The notes under the pieces: generated by a model
Databases searched by the model: none
Told to the model about the DNA's origin: nothing
What the model saw: only the letters and a program-made list of their open reading frames with translations
Position numbers and translations under genes: made by a program
In this document: piece after piece, positions 60,118 to 64,000 of the stretch
How positions within the stretch are numbered: position 1 is the stretch's first letter
Layout: each line of letters starts with the position of its first letter
From: Pachysolen tannophilus NRRL Y-2460
Taxonomy: Eukaryota
DNA: 64,000 nucleotides
Reading direction: 5' to 3'
Assembly: GCA_001661245.1 (NCBI GenBank)
Contig: KV454013.1
Span: 331,005 to 395,004 of the forward strand

Positions 60118-60365
60118 AACAACTAAATTTTTAAATTTTTTTTTTTTTCCATAATTTTTTTTCGACGTTTCTGGTGTTGAAGTTATCCTGTTTTGTTGTA
60201 TAATACCAAATAGATTGAATCAATATAGAAACTCGTATTAGAATAAATAGATCGAAGTATTGTTAATAATCTAATAATTGTGTTATATTTGCATTATTTA
60301 ATATTTTGATTTAATTTTATTCATTTTATTTATCAACTATTTCGGACATATGCGAAATAAAAAAA

Positions 60366-61067
60366 ATGTCATTTTTTGGATTTGATAACAAGCATGGTTC
60401 TCTGGGAGATGGTAATTTAGAGACTTATAATTTTGAAGAAACTTATGATGGCTTAGGTGAACATCCAGAGGAAGATGAAGATGCTTTTAATGCTGAAACG
60501 TTTGGTGATGATATAGCTGTTGGTAAGGATTTTGACTTTACTGGTGGCAAAGGTGATGCTAACATGCCAAAGCCATCGGCGGCTAATGAGCAACATAGAC
60601 AAAAAGTTAGTTATGCACAAATTGCTCAGCAATCGACTTTAGAAGAGGATGTTTTACAACCTATGGCTTCCTTATGGGGTTCTTCAAATAAGTCAAGCGA
60701 ACAACAGGAACAAAGACAGGAACAAAATGATCCAGAAAGAAAAGTTTTATCGTTGGAAGAGATTGAAACTCAATTGCTGCAAGGTGGTGGAAGTAACGAT
60801 AATGTCAATGCTAATGCAGTTTCTTTGGCTCCTCAAGCTTTCTTACCGCATCCTCCGCCACAAGGAACTTTTCCAAATTTCATGATTCCGCCAGGCTTAT
60901 CTCCTCAGCAATTTCAACAGTTTCAACAACAAATGGCTTCTGCTGCTGCTGCCAATGGTGCTGGTCATTTTATTCCTCCTCCTCCCTTTATGAACAATCT
61001 GCCATTCCCGTACCCTGCCCCAATTGGTATGCTGCCACCACAGCAATTCCCACCACAACTTCAGCAA

Positions 61068-61105
<38 letters not shown>

Positions 61106-62987
61106 ACAACAACATGTTCAGCCGGAACAGCAACAACCACAACCACAACATCAGCAACAACAACCACAACAACATCAGCAACAGCAGCAACATGTATCAA
61201 CAGTTCCTAATCAGGACCAACAGCTGAAGAAACAAGCAGATTTAGCACTGTTTCCTGTTTTGGGTTCAAGGGAACCAGAACAACAACATCAACAACAGCA
61301 ACATCAGCCACAACAACAGCATCAGCAATCAAATTATTATCTACAAAATAAACAACAACAGCAACAACAATTTAGGCATCATAACGTTACTAACAACAGT
61401 AATTTTTCACAGCAACAACGTTATCATAATCTGAATAATCATTATAATTATGTTAACCCATTGCAAAATCCTGATTTGACTCCAGAAGAAAGGGAAAGAT
61501 TATTGAAAAGACAAGAAAAAGTTGCTAGAATTACTAAGGATTCAGGTGTTATGAACCCTCGTGATAAAGATTTTGTGACAAGATTTCAATTATCTCAAAT
61601 TGTTACTGATGATCCTTATAATGAAGATTTTTATTATCAAGTTCATAAAGTTATCAATAGTCAAGGTATCAATAGTAATATCGGTGGAATGAACTCAATT
61701 GCTAAAAACTATTTAGAACATTCAGGTCACAGATTAGGTGGTAGACATAAAAGAGTTGATGTTGCATTACAAAGAATGCAACAACAAGTTTCTAGAGCTG
61801 TCACGGTTGCCAAAGAAAGAGGTCCAAAACAAGGTGTTTTAACGAGAGAAGGTGCTTTGGGTAAAGTCAGTTTTGGTACTGGTAAACAACCAAGAAGACA
61901 ATTGGCTATCAAGCCAAATGAAAGAGAATCCACTCCTGACAGTTCTAACATTTCTAGAAGTGGCACACCAACCGTAAATGAACTGGATTACACTTCATCA
62001 GATATTGTCAGTAAAGACGCTGTTTCTTCTCCAATTCCTTCAGATATCAAATTGAGTAAATCCTCAAGGAAGTTTCATTTATATCTTATTGAAAAATTAT
62101 ATGGTATCACGTTAACTTTGGAATCAATGGAAAGGGAAAATTTACCAATTGACAACTCTGAATTATGGGCTACATTAATTGTCGCTGATGAGGAAAATCA
62201 ACAAGTTAATCCATTTGTTGCGGTTTTCAACTATAATAAAGGAATGAAGTTGTTTTCAAGATTATTTCATTTTTTAACTTATGAACAAAAAATGAATTTG
62301 ATAACTGTTATATTCAGCAATTTACAAAATATTGATGTTATTTTAAAAGGTTCTTATAAGAACTATGAAAGTTCAATTATTCCAGAAGATATTAATAAGA
62401 AAATTGAATTATTTCAATTAACTGTTTTGAAAACCTTGGTTTTATTTTTGTCTGAGGCAAAATTCCAAGAAGTATTGAAATTATTAATTTATATTATTAG
62501 TAAAAACAACTTGACATTTTTATGTACAACAAAGATTGGTTTATCAATTATTACCATTTCGATTTCAAGATTAGAATTGATCAAGCAAGAATATAATAAT
62601 AAATTGAGCGGTGAAGATTTGGCTACATGGAGCCAAATCTATGATAAATTATTTCAATACATTGAAGGAAGATTGACATCAATTTTCCCACCATCATTAT
62701 CATCATCTACTTCCAATAATAATAGTTTTGTTGAAAGTTCAAACGATGAAGATGATTCATATATCTGGCAATTTTTGGCTTCTTTGTCGTTAGCCGGTAA
62801 GTTGAATCACCAAAGAATTATTGTTGACGAGGTTAGAGATGAAATATTTGGTGTTCAAAAGAAAGCTAAACACGAGATGAGTATAGGTAATGTTGATAAG
62901 GCTAACAAGTATATCGGTAACTTGAATTTGTTTTTAAATGTTATGGGATTAAAGGCTAATGAGAATGACATTACTGAAATAAAATAA
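60366..62987 (+). CDS. PAT1: mRNA decapping activator Pat1
   Basis: MSFFGF, N.ETFG, FDF motif, LSLEEIE, MNPRDKDFVTRFQLSQIVTDDPYNEDFY, and C-terminal NLNLFLNVMGL. Confidence 0.96.
61040..61370 (+). repeat. CAA/CAG poly-Gln tracts in PAT1
   Basis: Imperfect (CAA/CAG)n arrays encoding Q- and QH/QP-rich runs. Confidence 0.9.
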
Positions 62988-63395
62988 TCTCTTTTTTCCC
63001 CTTTTTTTCTTTTCTTTTCTTTTCTTTTCTTTTTCTTTCGTTTGAATTATTAATTGTTTTTATGTTGTTTGTTTTATTTTTTAATATTTGGATTAAATTT
63101 TTTTTTTAATACTTTTTTTTTTTTTTTTTTTTTTTTCTTTTTCTTTTTTTTTCAATTTTATATTTTCTGGTATAAAGGTTTATCATAGCGGATGACACTA
63201 AAGCTAAAACTAAAAATGATTTATATGAATTTAAGTACATATAATGTAATGATTAATAGGGATAACTGAAATTCTACAAATTAATAATAATAAGATATGG
63301 TAAAGTGTAAATTTGTAAATTTCAAAAAATTTCTATATACAATAAAATTGAAAAATTCAGAATCAACAACATAATTTTATTCTTTTTTTTTGTTA

Positions 63396-63824
63396 TTAAA
63401 ACTTCAGTGCCAAGATGTTCTTAACATCATCTGTAAAATCCCCCTTTATTAAAATTTTTTTACTTTCCATAACACATTTGAACAGATTTTTATCTATATA
63501 TGGCAACGATTCTTGTAAATCATTTCTGAATGAAACTATATCACCTTTTATTTTCCTTATTTCAGTATAAATATTCTTCGATTTTATCGTCTTATATACA
63601 GGCAAATGATTAAATTTTGATCTAGAAACATGATAAGTCTTTGTATTTACTCCAAAAGCTTTATTACCATATAACTCATCCACATTAATTTCTGATAATT
63701 TTGGAAATATCTTTGAAGGCAGCAGTTTTGAAACAATAGAATCACCAGAAGCAGCAGACGTAGAGTTAAACCTTATAGAAAAACCAATTTCTTGGCAAGC
63801 AAGCCCAAATCTTGACTTAAACAT
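63396..63824 (-). CDS. IMG2: Mitochondrial ribosomal protein mL49
   Basis: Presequence from the ATG at 63824, YHVSRS....LPVY, TEIRKIKGDI and I.IKG. Confidence 0.85.
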   Translation of the reverse strand: MFKSRFGLACQEIGFSIRFNSTSAASGDSIVSKLLPSKIFPKLSEINVDELYGNKAFGVNTKTYHVSRSKFNHLPVYKTIKSKNIYTEIRKIKGDIVSFRNDLQESLPYIDKNLFKCVMESKKILIKGDFTDDVKNILALKF

Positions 63825-64000
63825 CCTCAAACACCAGATATAAAATTAATATTTTTTAAATAAAAACCAACAAGTCTTTTCTTTAAATAGTATTTATTCA
63901 TTTCTTTGAAGAAAAATTTCGACAATTTTTCACCATCTCCAAAATTTGTTTTGCGTAAACTACTTTTTTTGTTTCTTATTTCAAGTTCACTTTCAAGAGG

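Noticed and set aside
59553..60134. ORFs spanning poly-A and N runs
   Set aside because: Artefacts of the assembly gap.
1118..61966. Many short antisense or overlapping ORFs in the track (e.g. 1490..1882, 11631..11981, 16464..16835, 40734..41099, 60897..61193)
   Set aside because: They are shadows of real genes or of low-complexity repeats, with no independent motifs.
1..64000. Transposons, LTRs, CRISPR arrays, rRNA
   Set aside because: No transposase, gag or pol ORFs, terminal repeats, repeat-spacer arrays or rRNA-like sequence were seen. No recombinase gene lies near the POT1 inversion either.

Overview
AT-rich, gene-dense nuclear DNA from a budding yeast (Saccharomycotina). It carries about 27 protein-coding loci, four clear short spliceosomal introns and two assembly gaps. 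I found no supportable RNA gene, transposon or CRISPR array. In-frame CTG codons repeatedly occupy positions that are Ala in homologues, which points to the CUG-Ala code (Pachysolen/Nakazawaea/Peterozyma lineage; Pachysolen tannophilus is a guess), so the supplied translations misread CTG as Leu. Gene order: NUP192 (partial), hypothetical, CreC-like WD40, hypothetical, ferric reductase, split POT1, formin, TUB1, PCK1, ARO10-like, ATG32-like, SLN1, dienelactone hydrolase, copper amine oxidase, a fragmented HMG-box-like locus, IRC21, PTC6, RSM19, DBP6, ACP1, MRPS12, ARC35, TRR1, two tandem enolases, BST1, PAT1, IMG2. The most striking feature is the peroxisomal thiolase POT1, which lies as two otherwise undamaged halves on opposite strands. 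Inverting the 696-bp segment 12188..12883 rebuilds a complete in-frame 428-aa gene. A second oddity is a putative mitochondrial multi-HMG-box gene broken by successive -1 frame changes, the first at a canonical slippery heptamer. All homologue comparisons are from recall, not from searches.
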